A stretch of 64,000 nucleotides of DNA, from the IMG/VR virus record IMGVR_UViG_3300025636_000001, positions 1 through 64,000 of that record. The stretch is one strand, 5' to 3'. A program made the position numbers and the translations under genes. Under the pieces are notes generated by a model. That model saw only the letters and a list, made by a program, of their open reading frames with translations, ran no database searches and was not told the DNA's origin. Source of the stretch: a virus. This document shows positions 56,201 through 64,000 of the stretch, one piece after another (position 1 is the stretch's first letter; each line of letters opens with the position of its first letter).

Positions 56201-58360
56201 GTCCTTAACTCTATCAATTGATTTACCAATACGTTCTTTAAACTTACCAGACTCTATATCTTCTTTTTGATTAGGGTATGCTTCTATTAAAGCTTCATCT
56301 GATAGTTTTTGTAAGTCTTCTAACTGCTCAATATATAAACCTTCAGTTCCATTAGTAACCATGTGATGAGCATTCATAATAAAGGAATCATCCTTACTAT
56401 CTCTCATACCCAACTCATCATCTTCAAACATGTGCTTATCACCGTCATCTTCAGATTGCTTTTGAGCAAAAAAGTTTAGTTTAGAAGAGCTCATAAAGTT
56501 TTGAGGATCTTTAGCTACTTCTTCAGCTATATTATTAACCTCATCTACAAAAGCATCTCTTTGTTTTTTATACTCTTCATATTGTTTAGGATCTCTTTTT
56601 TGTTGTATGTAATCAGGTAATACTTCAAAGAATAATCTTTGAGGTCCTTGAACCAAACCACCCATTAAAAATCCAGATAAAAAAGTTTCAAAACCTTGAC
56701 CTGTCATTTGACTATTAAAGCCTGATTGAAAAGCTGCTTTTTGAAGATCGTGCCTGTTTGCATTTGGGTTTTCTAATAATAATGAATGATAATCAACAAG
56801 TCCTTGAGATACACCTTCTTGAAACATTTCCTGAAAACCTTCTCCCAATCCACCAGATGAGTATCTAAGTATCCCACCTGCTGTATGTTTGATACTACCT
56901 TTAACACCTAAAGCTTTTAACTGATTCCAACCAATTAATTTACCAAATATTGTTTTATTAGATGTTTCTTGAAATAATTTACCTGCTGTTTTTCCAGCAG
57001 CTCTATTCTTAACAAAGTTTTCTACTGTTGTCCTTCTAACAATATTTTTAGAATTACCAAGTTTATTAAATATTCTTCTTAGTTGTGGAGAAAATCCACC
57101 AAGTGCTTTACCTAATGCTATTTTATTAGTTACAAAAATTACAGGAGCATTAAACAAAGCAGCATTTGAAGCCGCCTTTAATGCTTCTTCATTAATTTCA
57201 CTTAATTGATCTGGTGTTAATTGAGCACCTCCGTTTTCACGCATCACTCTTTCAACATTTCTACCAAACATATCTTGATATACAAAACCTCCTTCAAGTT
57301 TTGATTCGCTTATTGTAAGGTTTAATGCTCTAGCATCTCTATAAAAAGCACCAAACCCTTTTGATGTTTTAGCTAAATTACTTAAACCTTTTGCCGCGCT
57401 TTCTGTTGATTTAAAAGATTTTAATGTAGCTCTTAATTCTGGTGTAAAGAAATCACCTGCAAGTTTACCACCCGTTTTAGCCACGCTCCAAAAATCTTTT
57501 GCTTTATCTGCTGTTCTAAGTGTAGCTAAAACATCCTTACCAAGCCTCATTGTTCTTGTAACATCAAAAATGTTACCAATACTTTTAACACCCCTAACAA
57601 GGTTTTTACCCGTCCTTGCTAAAAACATAGGTGCCGCACCACCTTCAGTGGCAGCAGTAGCACCGGCTAATACTAATTCTTCAGCTAAAATCTCACTAAT
57701 TGTACCTAAAGTTTGAGCTGCGTTTAAATTAAGATTTATCAAAAAACCTGTTGCACCACCTCTTGTGCTTGCCCCTAATCTATTTGCTTCAGACATAGCT
57801 GCAGCACCTTCTAAATCTGCAGATGTCCAATAACTTTCATCACCTGAAAAAAGATCACCCCAAGATCTAAATGCACTTCCAAAACCACTAGAAAAATTAG
57901 TCAACCAAGGCATTACTGATCTTTTATAATCATCCCATCCTGTTGTGTTTGCATTATAATAAGATTCCATATCCATATCAGGTCTCCAACCTAATTTTTC
58001 AAAAGCACCCATTCTTGCATACCTATCATAACCGGAAGATTTAATTCCAGATATAATAGGGTCTTGTATTTTCATTTGCTGTTCACCTCCTAGAAAAGGA
58101 GTTGGAGCATTAAAAACTTTTTTAAATGATTCAAAATTATCAAACCCAGGTTTTGGTGAGTTATGTCTTGACATAGGTAAATCAAGAGGTATAGCAAACT
58201 GATTCATCTTTGGTGCCAAAGATTCTAAATCTTTCATGTAATCACCCATATCTTGAACGCTTTCAACGTCAAAGTCTAAGTCAAACATTTCATCAATTGG
58301 TTTAAACTGAAAATCATCTGGTTGATACATAGGATCAGTTTGGATATTTGAATCTTGCAT
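44255..58360 (-). CDS. Giant virion RNA polymerase (crAss-like two-barrel RNAP) with a zincin-like domain
   Basis: 4701 aa; VRIPTQ...GADFDIDK catalytic motif (~47160-47295); YHESFHAIFR...EEYMADQF zincin motif (~51600). Confidence 0.9.
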   Translation of the reverse strand: MQDSNIQTDPMYQPDDFQFKPIDEMFDLDFDVESVQDMGDYMKDLESLAPKMNQFAIPLDLPMSRHNSPKPGFDNFESFKKVFNAPTPFLGGEQQMKIQDPIISGIKSSGYDRYARMGAFEKLGWRPDMDMESYYNANTTGWDDYKRSVMPWLTNFSSGFGSAFRSWGDLFSGDESYWTSADLEGAAAMSEANRLGASTRGGATGFLINLNLNAAQTLGTISEILAEELVLAGATAATEGGAAPMFLARTGKNLVRGVKSIGNIFDVTRTMRLGKDVLATLRTADKAKDFWSVAKTGGKLAGDFFTPELRATLKSFKSTESAAKGLSNLAKTSKGFGAFYRDARALNLTISESKLEGGFVYQDMFGRNVERVMRENGGAQLTPDQLSEINEEALKAASNAALFNAPVIFVTNKIALGKALGGFSPQLRRIFNKLGNSKNIVRRTTVENFVKNRAAGKTAGKLFQETSNKTIFGKLIGWNQLKALGVKGSIKHTAGGILRYSSGGLGEGFQEMFQEGVSQGLVDYHSLLLENPNANRHDLQKAAFQSGFNSQMTGQGFETFLSGFLMGGLVQGPQRLFFEVLPDYIQQKRDPKQYEEYKKQRDAFVDEVNNIAEEVAKDPQNFMSSSKLNFFAQKQSEDDGDKHMFEDDELGMRDSKDDSFIMNAHHMVTNGTEGLYIEQLEDLQKLSDEALIEAYPNQKEDIESGKFKERIGKSIDRVKDFKKDYDASFDVIQNPYAFKRFDKGTKEFNAELAKYSAVEHGRLLYLVSKESFKSAANRRDAIEQALKLSTVEGSTDVNDLTPLLAVDSIQREIALLSDEIRVLKDSENVDKKILTDKEDKLVALAGYLTTLEGIYDKDSDVYDRDKMENLKTPLKSYIEAVSKGAMIDDAKLSYLVKQLVDHSYLDKRAQVYARSVSMFSDNVKFTEMSDRLSEIFLTRFNNIKADFKKSVIKGIQNQERVSLLEALAGIGSENKNGGVYADTEQSIKFMETGDTSVLTDFYTEAGKVFKSNNNELYQKIQTLIDNYNRVKFETENADKKAEEEKTDVNQKDTSSNKTSELNEYLKLTSDSPIANVEEGVDILKENESPFSKLLLDDLYLKYKQKQQLGKKTILSKADWINTKEGTNAVAGLEKIKGIWLASESNKALSEQAKNNITKSEEGFQQWILDQKDDTFVYRSLEFAGLKAADIERNETNEGLDSVVENDPLMEWADKGPGVNILKKEIASIDSIDNEDASELRETIYVLTDNNGDTLSGDLLELAGLDKAAFTNFDEAVEAFDELKKLMPDTTPFNFDGTTLVNLDVVEDVDGNKFVVLGTSTSAKNAAKLELIALDKKDLEGNDKTLASFTVEEAGFSDIYTKVEETFEGVKLSTDAVKLLPGEVNGLYPKSFGAVDADSALRLNKVLSLLSPEQISALEIRIRPNPNQSSNFLRAGDDTTENKLIVRGDKYSIEVFIPEVLREEIAKNMDGFDYPQNWDGSIGFIRNDHFRFTKNGNPKEIVKISQLEDKVIDRYITPTGVSVSELRNEMLKQDYFTLKIDEFMKDKTNAAITIADLEELGFSVKVTGGQYEDTENYDNSYDDLAQNTYDGHKVVIVNTRNVDTVGERFETDIEDPKENEAFIQKLIKDLESTPASDSKSKEGSNMFRKALSKGGYVGIIKDPLTGKIVLARLKPRKLEVDERNELFTELIEKAKEVRDSKSGQQPRQQTTNIEAKKADIEKRRQEELNNIPTKENLENKILKMSFVNGDKVVDSKYKNKLTQLLPFGGEFLGDELFALLNELDNFKEGVTNTNKINAKYDAELAALESAPQTTTKVGATKKSMSLLDWNKQFNNKFFSATNPSVKSYLDLNVSSKGDIYLRFKVDETGFTVSESFKASELDGLNPDDILTLYSLLNKNEKIIKFNKTVEYPFSFGDNNIRETFPLSASLQQMLSSTKTNLDPRVLKGVRVKLDTTDEMVKGLEMVQPSKPVNTQSDEYTQFVAKGIVSQETLERIANKYVNNPNSLTIEEKAIFQDKVAEINKILEQKRAEELLQEDNSLQEMSDERYNEFKSNDFKDLPRSIKVAIVNKVVQEGRDSLDAREQEILKMNSDELELLIMSKSYQKPVEESKSLEEEIAEVEAAIKKEKRRIAAEAKRTGQHQATLRKNSELYVSLMDQLDELERRSTDESAFKILDPSESLQKEESIDEFLEWAAQNLPDFIKIKDLSEIKSRLKSTGTTVGQFTMALRNIAGGLNIEGTIYTGPSNGIGYHESFHAIFRMLLTTEEQNGLLKLAKDEVRKKFKTTEALQEDISRFANRHPKYRALSKQALEREYLEEYMADQFQAFKTNPRSTKTSSAIKSFFNRVVEWIKSVLKSFRKNELDLFYERIDAGKYRGGQILDNQYTRSLESGVALDAFKAIPYKIIRGNKLKSAKYLDPSKADILTRMIGQIFVLKRGQSDYSELQDEELLDTIIIDFADLYDSERDIYASLSDVELDTVEQLNEALNLQDGKAVKESVVQYLDILNLKFDEMDEQLEEDEDDYGSRKVGDYTKDANQTGGYNSATKEVRTFIAGVSIQSKDMFGNVELMDGTPIRVPVNHVDVYNGLMLAGMNETSDAKMLEKMYYFSRRNENTAAVIDELFRVTGIDINEFQETGQIPNTIDNSMLFNQFMTTFKNARFDYIFQLTDPNTGKVRIISASNRDAANAQIDYWKKLFNDKFEIFRNDNASIREAVSGVNMLLKDLTNFSEKRTRITNKELGAKSLMYSKLINDQLGIKLSPLYIEISIANAISGKLTKYQETLKDIGRNARLLTKEDLVLINNKLTGKDKETAKPLPENLFIDDAEKGISSRLKQIALGNAEFDETVGNTVFEDPERNLIYAHQNQTLHSRRMIQLSDQEVIRKLQSEFPDNTLLNSEAFLELSASKQLQLIRTAGSNMLAENMESMDLQDADDLSRRSIQGKKYGKFTSVEFVTNLINNYFEGFNTKSNKVETAANVALAPVFIRIIESSNTGDSTRLPIIKSVKLSSDGKYVVLTPEAFDQFVNRLKTEYNVIQKNNQEYDLNGPGNIKGYNDSKNGRGFKFFKGAELISEETQNELIKAAAEGKNFDDVFSKEYKTELNNKLKDYIKEFQDLASGKLQGISQHAKGIFPDTEAASNSMEKLNVFRKNEKANLAQIFISNWLNTMAINELILGEEAKLFKDAVVDPIKRAKMQNAAHDSIAFDFLPKDDSFGISHTLGDKSIGLFTFTDPSTEDGGDKADAQSYQTIKGARYSAFGLGSLNSDLAKMYDKIEAGESVDNEWFNNYLKKFSKHAPLNSKKYVFGNGQTFIKTSTVVLTKELTSYQNEEGAWVAKVGMERLHNLRENMERWESQNGDKIAIGAPESAVKMLKQNVIDNESMTAETMVLNEEHVTLLDAKDFGRQMVNPSNKLLITDPSQIKTIISSEQDINDKDFKVVIDGVELPMADVVSEYHKLTAAGLDFEYIGKKNLIFDLIPHLDEEVLEQMNIEPNLYSFIKTAQANLKSSAASSKEIEFFTEEDGKPKYELNNPIISQKFEQFFMAYFSKKVLSQKVPGVTLALMSDFGVPVIREIYSFDETGRPDKQRVIRRKNSNQYNGQKLLDITNAEDLQSAQQQLESDPSKPIVVLDRLRYDMKEYNMVNPNDPSTWVPTNVRYAETLMPAHHEEVMRYLENKNIKDVPDSVAKMFAVRIPTQDKHSSMASKVVDFLPVYYGSTAIFPEDLIKISGADFDIDKVYAAIKEWYYQDGKFIEYGSRKGEEGYADYIKYTNKKVAEKGSNLNEAYSKYEDGGLSSEVETKSLAEIKELLELGYTSEAIDGATMLGLPLTQKEYKDYIKDNDVEPYKAAITNKLVDLKYTLVGNTKLTESKDDSVPLSYQPADIEAVKQVWQDLSERFSILKTYTKDEGIAIDNLVGQFYSHKNVKENSGLIGGVVPPATIINFLREMNISSEWFELQVDGKSYNRFVNEIDSNGELQRTQYVLSNLITLATDDAKERLLSKLGYNKKGIKYVLSMVSFGVPLEQATMLVNVKAIREALETESPVGQIREIIKDLNAGGVKPERVTTKTLSEGIEGNEKPGALLGLLLEVLKVDRLTKEVDNLQAIFQLNKGFGKDFSSLLSVDESIEKAGLYTSNSEMKDKIRTKELIFDLRNAFSTDLTKDKPVRHYIGQNIRVFEDFKRNVLPEVFTSQSPAFKRIFSGVMSYANVSFGPEGAKLKAQVQKDILSYFTIKAYIKDLFDREAGSLVGASLSNEFLYPSENSDFNITTVIKDLKSNFNVGDNYFLDYFVFTKTVNAEDNKTGMNIATTRGFGKLSDNEKVRIQNGFQALYGDIKTRKEAVNILHYIMAKDGLSLAAGSLLEAITPFGLEKYLSSSTEVFKAFKGQVEFEKVFGESLEDMSKDFINNYGRSAAFSKNIKPDYFVFNEDNGYKVNVDKDNKDIIRVSRAVEEDGLPAIVFPKFISRETKNPIGVQKQYYILVKGGNKNLEVPVDNIDGSVLTEGVYERFDLEGSYYQNAIGFIFNNDNFQRPKTKDLYVSDRFDSIDVDFNMDTIPDDITMPDNIAEFGSLNNLTRTATEKGIEVEGKNIADLTQADIPAEVSEEVNDKLTAFISKQPTQQASEVENAQLDLFDVEELSAMNLGLTDNFSILLDDLKTTPGAIQKMKKDGVNISDLNSLKESFKKSAFTEESQYEEHLRKCYLK

Positions 58361-58383
58361 GTTGATTATTTTATTTTAATATG

Positions 58384-61300
58384 TTATTGTGCTGCTTTGT
58401 TTTTCTTCTTCCAAGCTTTCTCTGTTTCAATATTTCTTCTAAACTCTTCCATCATTATTAATTGATAATGATTTACAAAGTTATCAATATTATGCTTACC
58501 TGCAGGTCCATTTTCATCTTGAACTAAAATAGGATCTTGTATACCTGCTGAATTAAACAAACCTGTCTTTGGATCTAGCTGCATCATTTCCATTGCAACA
58601 TAATAATTGTTATTATTTTTAAAGACTTTAAAAGACCCAGCTTTTTCAGAAAATGCATCATAGTTATAAACTTTATCTTCTGATAAATCAATGGCTGTTT
58701 GAATAGCTGATACATTATACTGACCAGCTCTTTTTGGATTCATGTCTTGTTCTGATGGTACTAATACTTTAATACTTGTGTATTCGGGTATTTGTGTAGG
58801 ATTTAACATTGCTGTGTTTTTACCACCCCCTGTACCTTTTGTTGCACCGGAAAATTCTTTAATATAATCATAATCAGTTTTAAGAGTATATGATGCAAAT
58901 GATTTACCATCTATTGTTTCAACGGGATTATATTCTATTTGATATGATAGTTTCTTTGAAGCTGCTGATTTTGGATTAAGCATTGCCTGTCTACTATCTC
59001 TTATTATTTCATCAACAATAAATTTAGCATTTGCATTGTTTTCAACTTCAGTTGCAGATTGAGTCATAACAACTTTATCCGCTGACATATCATACTGTCT
59101 CTTAAAATTAAAAATCATTTCTTGAGCCTTTTTATCCTTAGCTATAGTACTAACACTAAATGTGGCACCATATCCTTGATAAGTAAACAAATTACTTTCA
59201 TTCATTTCTTCTAAAGGAACACCTCTAAAAACAGCTTCTGCTGAAAATGGTTGGAATGTTCTTGACCCACCCATTTCATTCATATTTAAAGTACCATTTA
59301 TAGATTGATTTAATAAACCATATTGTACTTTATAAGCTTCTTCAGCATCTTCCTTTGCTCTTTTTTCTACAAATATTGTATTTCCAAATAATTCATCTGT
59401 CTTTTTACCAAGATAATTAGCTATTCCTGGAAACATGCTTATTTCAATAAGATCTTTACTACCATCGTCATTCCTACCATTTCTACCTTCTATGTAGTCT
59501 TTACCTTTTATTACACCTTTTTTTGCTCTCTCTACATATTCAGCAATAAAATCATCTTTGGATAAAAGAGCTCTTTGAGTGTCATCATTTTTACTTGTGA
59601 TAACAAGCTCAGGCATATTAGCTTCAAGTTGTCTTTTTAATTCTGCACCTTGTTTTGTAGTACCTACTTTTAATAAATCATAATTTTTACCAAGAACTGT
59701 ATTTAAACTTTTTTCATAAGCAATAGATTTACTTTGTCTTCCTTGTATTGTATTATACATACTGTAAGCTTCAACCAGTTGAGGACTTTCTAAAGCTTTA
59801 GGATTATTAGTGGGTAGTTTATTTGTAAGAGTCTTTACAGCATTATCATAATTTAAATCAACTAAGTTTTCATTTCCTTCTTCTGATAGTTTAGCTTTTA
59901 TTTGATCATAAGATCCTTTAAATGTGCTACCATCATTGAGTTTAATCTCCATACTATTATAGTTAGTATTTTGAAGACTTCCACCCATCTTACTAAGTTG
60001 ATCTATTTTAAGTATAAAGTCAGTTTTACTTTGATTAGTTTCTTGTGCATAAGCTGCTGCTCTCTGAGCATTATCAGCCATTGCATCTTCAACCTCTCTA
60101 ACCTCAGTTGAATTTTTTGTTATACCTGTTGTTGAACCACCAAACAAAGCATCAACTAAATTACCATCAGCTGTTGATTGCAATGTTGGATCTAATTTTG
60201 CCTTTAATTCTATTTCTTTTTTTCTATTAATGTGCTGTTGCTCAATTTTAGCCATGCTATATTTATGCTGAACCTCTAATTTTTTATAAGGGTTAGCCGT
60301 AATAGTTCTGGAATAATCTTTCATACTATGAGCTTTAGCCGCTCCTAAGATATCAGAGCTGAGGTTATAGTTCATCAAAAGATTAAAGGCTTTATTTAAA
60401 AGCTCAGGATCCTCATCAATATTTATATTATCAACTCTTTGTAGAGTTTCTTCATTTCTTTCAAGAGCACCTCTGCTTTTGTCATACTGCTCAATAGCTT
60501 CAAGCATTGCTTTAGCTTCAGGGCTGTTTGGTGTAACACCTGATGTTCTTTCATACTCTTCCCAATTCTCTTTAGCTTTTAAAGCTTCATCAAATTGTTG
60601 TTTGATAATCTCATTGGCAGTAGCATTTCTTTGAGCAAGATCACTTAACTTATCTTTTGCCCATGCAGTCTGTCCCTCTAACACAGTAGAGTATAAACCG
60701 TTGTCTAAACCTTTTTGAGCAAAGTTTCTAGAATCAACATAACCACTTGCTCTGTAGGCATCCATTACTCTTGGATCCTCTATTAAAGTTTTTTGTAAAA
60801 AATTATATGCACCTGGTACTTGTTGTTTACCATTCTTCTCTCTGATAATCCAATGACCTGTTGGATCTGGAATATCAATTTCTACATCTCCAAATCCAGC
60901 ATCTTTTAAAAGTTTAGTAGACATTGAATATAAATCAACGTTTTCTATATATGTTGGTAGACCTTGCTTTAAAGCTGCATCTCTATCAGCAGTTTTAAAA
61001 TCTTCCATTTGATAGTTCAAGTATTGCATACCTGTAGACCAATATTTTTTTCTTTGATCTACATTATCAGAATCTTTAAATGTCAACGCACGTTGTGCAT
61101 TTTGTTTATACTGTTTTGTATAAACAAGATCTTTTACAATAAGATCATCCTCATAAAAAGGTTTAAAAACGCTCTTAGCTGAATCAACATTTTGACGTAG
61201 AGAAAGATCCATGCCTGAAATTTGTTGAATCTTTGGTGCAAGTTGATTTGCATACTGATCCCTCATTGCAATTGTATCTTCTCTTGATAAATCTGCATAT

Positions 61301-61452
61301 ACAACCTTACCATATAAATCACTTAATTGTTTATAGTTGGTATCATAGCGATCCTGTCTTGTATCCAATACAGAAGACAAAAACTTATAGTCTGGTGTAA
61401 ATGGTTGAATCTCTCTTGAATATGTCTTACTTCCTGGTACGTATGTTGCCAT
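58384..61452 (-). CDS. Putative virion cargo/ejection protein
   Basis: 1022 aa, helical, immediately upstream of the vRNAP gene as in crAss-like phages. Confidence 0.65.
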   Translation of the reverse strand: MATYVPGSKTYSREIQPFTPDYKFLSSVLDTRQDRYDTNYKQLSDLYGKVVYADLSREDTIAMRDQYANQLAPKIQQISGMDLSLRQNVDSAKSVFKPFYEDDLIVKDLVYTKQYKQNAQRALTFKDSDNVDQRKKYWSTGMQYLNYQMEDFKTADRDAALKQGLPTYIENVDLYSMSTKLLKDAGFGDVEIDIPDPTGHWIIREKNGKQQVPGAYNFLQKTLIEDPRVMDAYRASGYVDSRNFAQKGLDNGLYSTVLEGQTAWAKDKLSDLAQRNATANEIIKQQFDEALKAKENWEEYERTSGVTPNSPEAKAMLEAIEQYDKSRGALERNEETLQRVDNINIDEDPELLNKAFNLLMNYNLSSDILGAAKAHSMKDYSRTITANPYKKLEVQHKYSMAKIEQQHINRKKEIELKAKLDPTLQSTADGNLVDALFGGSTTGITKNSTEVREVEDAMADNAQRAAAYAQETNQSKTDFILKIDQLSKMGGSLQNTNYNSMEIKLNDGSTFKGSYDQIKAKLSEEGNENLVDLNYDNAVKTLTNKLPTNNPKALESPQLVEAYSMYNTIQGRQSKSIAYEKSLNTVLGKNYDLLKVGTTKQGAELKRQLEANMPELVITSKNDDTQRALLSKDDFIAEYVERAKKGVIKGKDYIEGRNGRNDDGSKDLIEISMFPGIANYLGKKTDELFGNTIFVEKRAKEDAEEAYKVQYGLLNQSINGTLNMNEMGGSRTFQPFSAEAVFRGVPLEEMNESNLFTYQGYGATFSVSTIAKDKKAQEMIFNFKRQYDMSADKVVMTQSATEVENNANAKFIVDEIIRDSRQAMLNPKSAASKKLSYQIEYNPVETIDGKSFASYTLKTDYDYIKEFSGATKGTGGGKNTAMLNPTQIPEYTSIKVLVPSEQDMNPKRAGQYNVSAIQTAIDLSEDKVYNYDAFSEKAGSFKVFKNNNNYYVAMEMMQLDPKTGLFNSAGIQDPILVQDENGPAGKHNIDNFVNHYQLIMMEEFRRNIETEKAWKKKNKAAQ

Positions 61453-61511
61453 AATACTAAATTACTAAAATTTTATAAGTTTTAAAAACTTTTTCAATAC
61501 ACTTTTTGAGT

Positions 61512-64000
61512 TTAATAACCCGTTTTACCTGTATAAAAAGGAACAACATATTTTTTCATCTCTTTTCCTTTCTTTCCAGTTGTTCCTGGATAACCGCCTG
61601 TTTGACTTAGCATCTTTAATGCATCCGCATATGGATTAGCCCCATAAGATGGAGCACCTTTTGTAGAAGAAGTTTTAGAACCAGAACCCATTATGGTTTT
61701 AATATCTTCTTCACTAAAGCCGTCTTTTTGTAGTTGTGAATAAGCGTTAGCTCTATCTGTATAACTACCATAATTGTTAGTATTAGCTGCTGATTTATTA
61801 GCAACTATTGCAGGTAAATTATCAGCCACATTTATTACACCACCAGTTGTTGGATCTATATTAAAATATGGATATAAAGTATTTAAGTTTGCTGTGTTTG
61901 CTCTATTGGTTATAGCCGTATTCATCAAACCTGTATACTGCTCCCTATCAAGATTTTTTTCATCCATATAGTTTTGCAATGTCAACTGCGTATCATCATA
62001 CAATTTAACATCTCTATCTCTTTGCTCTCTTTTACCTGCTGCTTCTAATTGAGCATTCATTGCTAAACCTCTATTAACAGTGCCTATATTTCTTTGATGA
62101 ACTTGAGCAAAAGTATTTGCATTTTGCGCAAATGCTTTACCTTGAGCTTGTGATGCTCTAGCATTAAATGATTGAGGATTACCAAATGAGGCAGCACCTT
62201 GAGTTATAATATTTAACTGTTCATTTACATCAGCAAGTTGTCTTGTAGGTTCTTCTAAAACATAATCAGCTTTAGGTATTTCTACAGCAGGTTGCCATGG
62301 TAAAAACATCTCCCTATCTCTCATTGCAATTGCAGCAAGATTATTTAAATCCTGTGTCCAGTATTCAGGGCGTAAAGGTGCTAGACTTTTAACTTCAGGA
62401 ATATCAGATTCTTTTTTCTCTTCCTCTTTTTCTTTCTTTGGTTCTGGTTTTTTTGATTCCTTTACCTGTAATGTTTGATTCAAAGTGTTGTTACCGTAAA
62501 ATCCTTCAGCTTTAGAAATTGTTTTATTATCTGCCCAGTTACCTTTTTGATCAGGTCCGCTAGCAACATAATTTAAATTAGGGTTGTCACTTTCATTATC
62601 TGCTAAAGTAACAGCTTGAAAAAATAACTGATTCATTTTAGTTGTAGCGTCATCTATTTGATAAGCTTCATACTGATCAGGATATAATTCAGCAGTTCTA
62701 TTAAACAACTTCTGAGTATTTTCATTCTTCTTTACATCAGCTGCCTTATCACTACCTTTATCTAATTGGGTTGCATACCTGTATTCATCAGGAACTAAAT
62801 CTTGAATCTTATAATTATTTTCTTGATACTTCAAAAAGTTTTGCATTGCAACATCTTTTGTTGGTATCTGATCTTCAGCTATTCCTTGAGCAAGTGCATT
62901 TGCTTTAAACGCAGCATAAGCTCTATCAGTTGTTGCTTTCCATTCAGGGGAATCAGAAGTAAATAAACGCTCTAGTTCTTGATACTGTTTGTATCCAGAA
63001 CCTAAAGATCTACCACCTTTAAACCCATCTAGATCTATTCTTCTTCCACCTATCTGTCTACCTGTAGTTCTACGTTCTGTATTAGTATTGCTTTGAGTAT
63101 TTGTATTAGTGTTTGTATTGGTGTTTTGATTTGCTGCATCTTGATTAACACTTGTTATACCAAAGTCTGTAAGATCAGGTTCATCTTGCTTTATAGCAGT
63201 ATTTCCAAAATATTTTTCTTCAAAAGCTTTATTTTTTTCTTCATCTTTTTCAAACTGGTCTTTCGCGTCTTTAAAATCAAACACACGTGGTTGAAATACT
63301 CTGGTATTATCTTGCGCTACTGTAGGTGGTATAAAATCATACTTAAATTCATAATCATTTTTACCATCTTGAGCCTTTGGTAATTCACTACCATATTTAG
63401 CCATAGGCATTTGTTGCTGTTGTCCAGCTTGTGCCATCATCTGCTGAAGAGCTGCCATTTTTGCTTGTTCTTCAGGAGGTAAAGATTGTAACATTCTTTG
63501 TGCCGCTTGCTCTGCAGTTATATTCTCAACCTTTTGAGTAAACTCTATAGGATCAATACCCATACCTATCAAATACGGATGAGATGCAAGTGGTACTCCA
63601 TCTTCAAAATTCTTTTTTGATTCTTGAGCAAAAGCCAACTTAGATAATTTATTTTGATTTTTATCAATCATTAGTTCAGCACTCTTAAATTTTATAGGAT
63701 CTATATCCTCAGAGTCCATTGCACCAATAAATTCATTAAGTTGATATTTTTTTGATATCTGTGCTGGAGTCATTTTCTTTTTTGATTCTATACCAAATTC
63801 TGCAAGCTCTCTTCTATTAAGCTTCATCTTTTGTGTATCAGAAAAAACAAATGACTGTTCTGGTAAGAACATAGGAACACCACCACTTCCATGTCTAGGA
63901 CCAGTTATATTATATAAACCAAATTGACCATCATCATTAAGATCAGTAAGAACTGTTTCTCCACCTTCAGCTTCAATATTAGCCATATCTCTAGGTACTG
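61512..64000 (-). CDS. Putative virion cargo protein (5' end probably outside the window)
   Basis: Frame stays open upstream of the ATG at 63986 to the window edge; EAEGGE...GPRHGSGGV...FVFSD motif; Gln/Met-rich linker, MAKYG and KAQDG motifs. Confidence 0.65.
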   Translation of the reverse strand, partial: VPRDMANIEAEGGETVLTDLNDDGQFGLYNITGPRHGSGGVPMFLPEQSFVFSDTQKMKLNRRELAEFGIESKKKMTPAQISKKYQLNEFIGAMDSEDIDPIKFKSAELMIDKNQNKLSKLAFAQESKKNFEDGVPLASHPYLIGMGIDPIEFTQKVENITAEQAAQRMLQSLPPEEQAKMAALQQMMAQAGQQQQMPMAKYGSELPKAQDGKNDYEFKYDFIPPTVAQDNTRVFQPRVFDFKDAKDQFEKDEEKNKAFEEKYFGNTAIKQDEPDLTDFGITSVNQDAANQNTNTNTNTNTQSNTNTERRTTGRQIGGRRIDLDGFKGGRSLGSGYKQYQELERLFTSDSPEWKATTDRAYAAFKANALAQGIAEDQIPTKDVAMQNFLKYQENNYKIQDLVPDEYRYATQLDKGSDKAADVKKNENTQKLFNRTAELYPDQYEAYQIDDATTKMNQLFFQAVTLADNESDNPNLNYVASGPDQKGNWADNKTISKAEGFYGNNTLNQTLQVKESKKPEPKKEKEEEKKESDIPEVKSLAPLRPEYWTQDLNNLAAIAMRDREMFLPWQPAVEIPKADYVLEEPTRQLADVNEQLNIITQGAASFGNPQSFNARASQAQGKAFAQNANTFAQVHQRNIGTVNRGLAMNAQLEAAGKREQRDRDVKLYDDTQLTLQNYMDEKNLDREQYTGLMNTAITNRANTANLNTLYPYFNIDPTTGGVINVADNLPAIVANKSAANTNNYGSYTDRANAYSQLQKDGFSEEDIKTIMGSGSKTSSTKGAPSYGANPYADALKMLSQTGGYPGTTGKKGKEMKKYVVPFYTGKTGY

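Noticed and set aside
63085-63130. NTNTNTNT low-complexity tract
   Set aside because: Simple linker within the cargo protein, not a separate repeat element
1-64000. Stop-codon reassignment (TAG or TGA) as in some crAss-like phages
   Set aside because: Very long ORFs are intact under the standard code, and TGA (36869, 37300) and TAG (16173) end genes at coupled or abutting junctions
1-64000. CRISPR array, tRNA, rRNA, integrase, transposase, intron or intein
   Set aside because: No regularly spaced repeats or recognisable signatures seen by eye; PolB, DnaB and nrdA are uninterrupted

Overview
A 64-kb AT-rich segment of a crAss-like (Crassvirales-type) dsDNA phage, read with the standard genetic code. 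The host is probably a Bacteroidota/flavobacterium (inferred from A-rich start contexts without Shine-Dalgarno sequences and TAnnTTTG promoter-like motifs). 1-22.8 kb (+) is a replication, recombination and repair block: SF2 helicase, uracil-DNA glycosylase, DnaA-domain-IV protein, DnaB, AAA ATPase, SSB-like protein, primase, RusA-like resolvase, MoxR AAA plus vWA-metallopeptidase module, PD-(D/E)XK exonuclease, PolB, PhoH, MazG and a spore-photoproduct-lyase-like radical SAM enzyme. 22.8-32.2 kb (-) encodes tail-fibre/adhesin proteins, small Lys-rich proteins and holin-like genes. 32.3-38.5 kb (+) holds nrdB-nrdA followed by a five-gene translationally coupled operon: a YgaP-like membrane protein, a PAS sensor histidine kinase, a stand-alone response regulator, a coiled-coil/2TM protein and a spanin-like protein. 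38.5-64 kb (-) encodes giant virion cargo proteins, including a 4701-aa virion RNA polymerase. The stand-out observation is the phage-encoded two-component system coupled to membrane/lysis-like genes. All family calls come from motif recognition by eye, not database searches.
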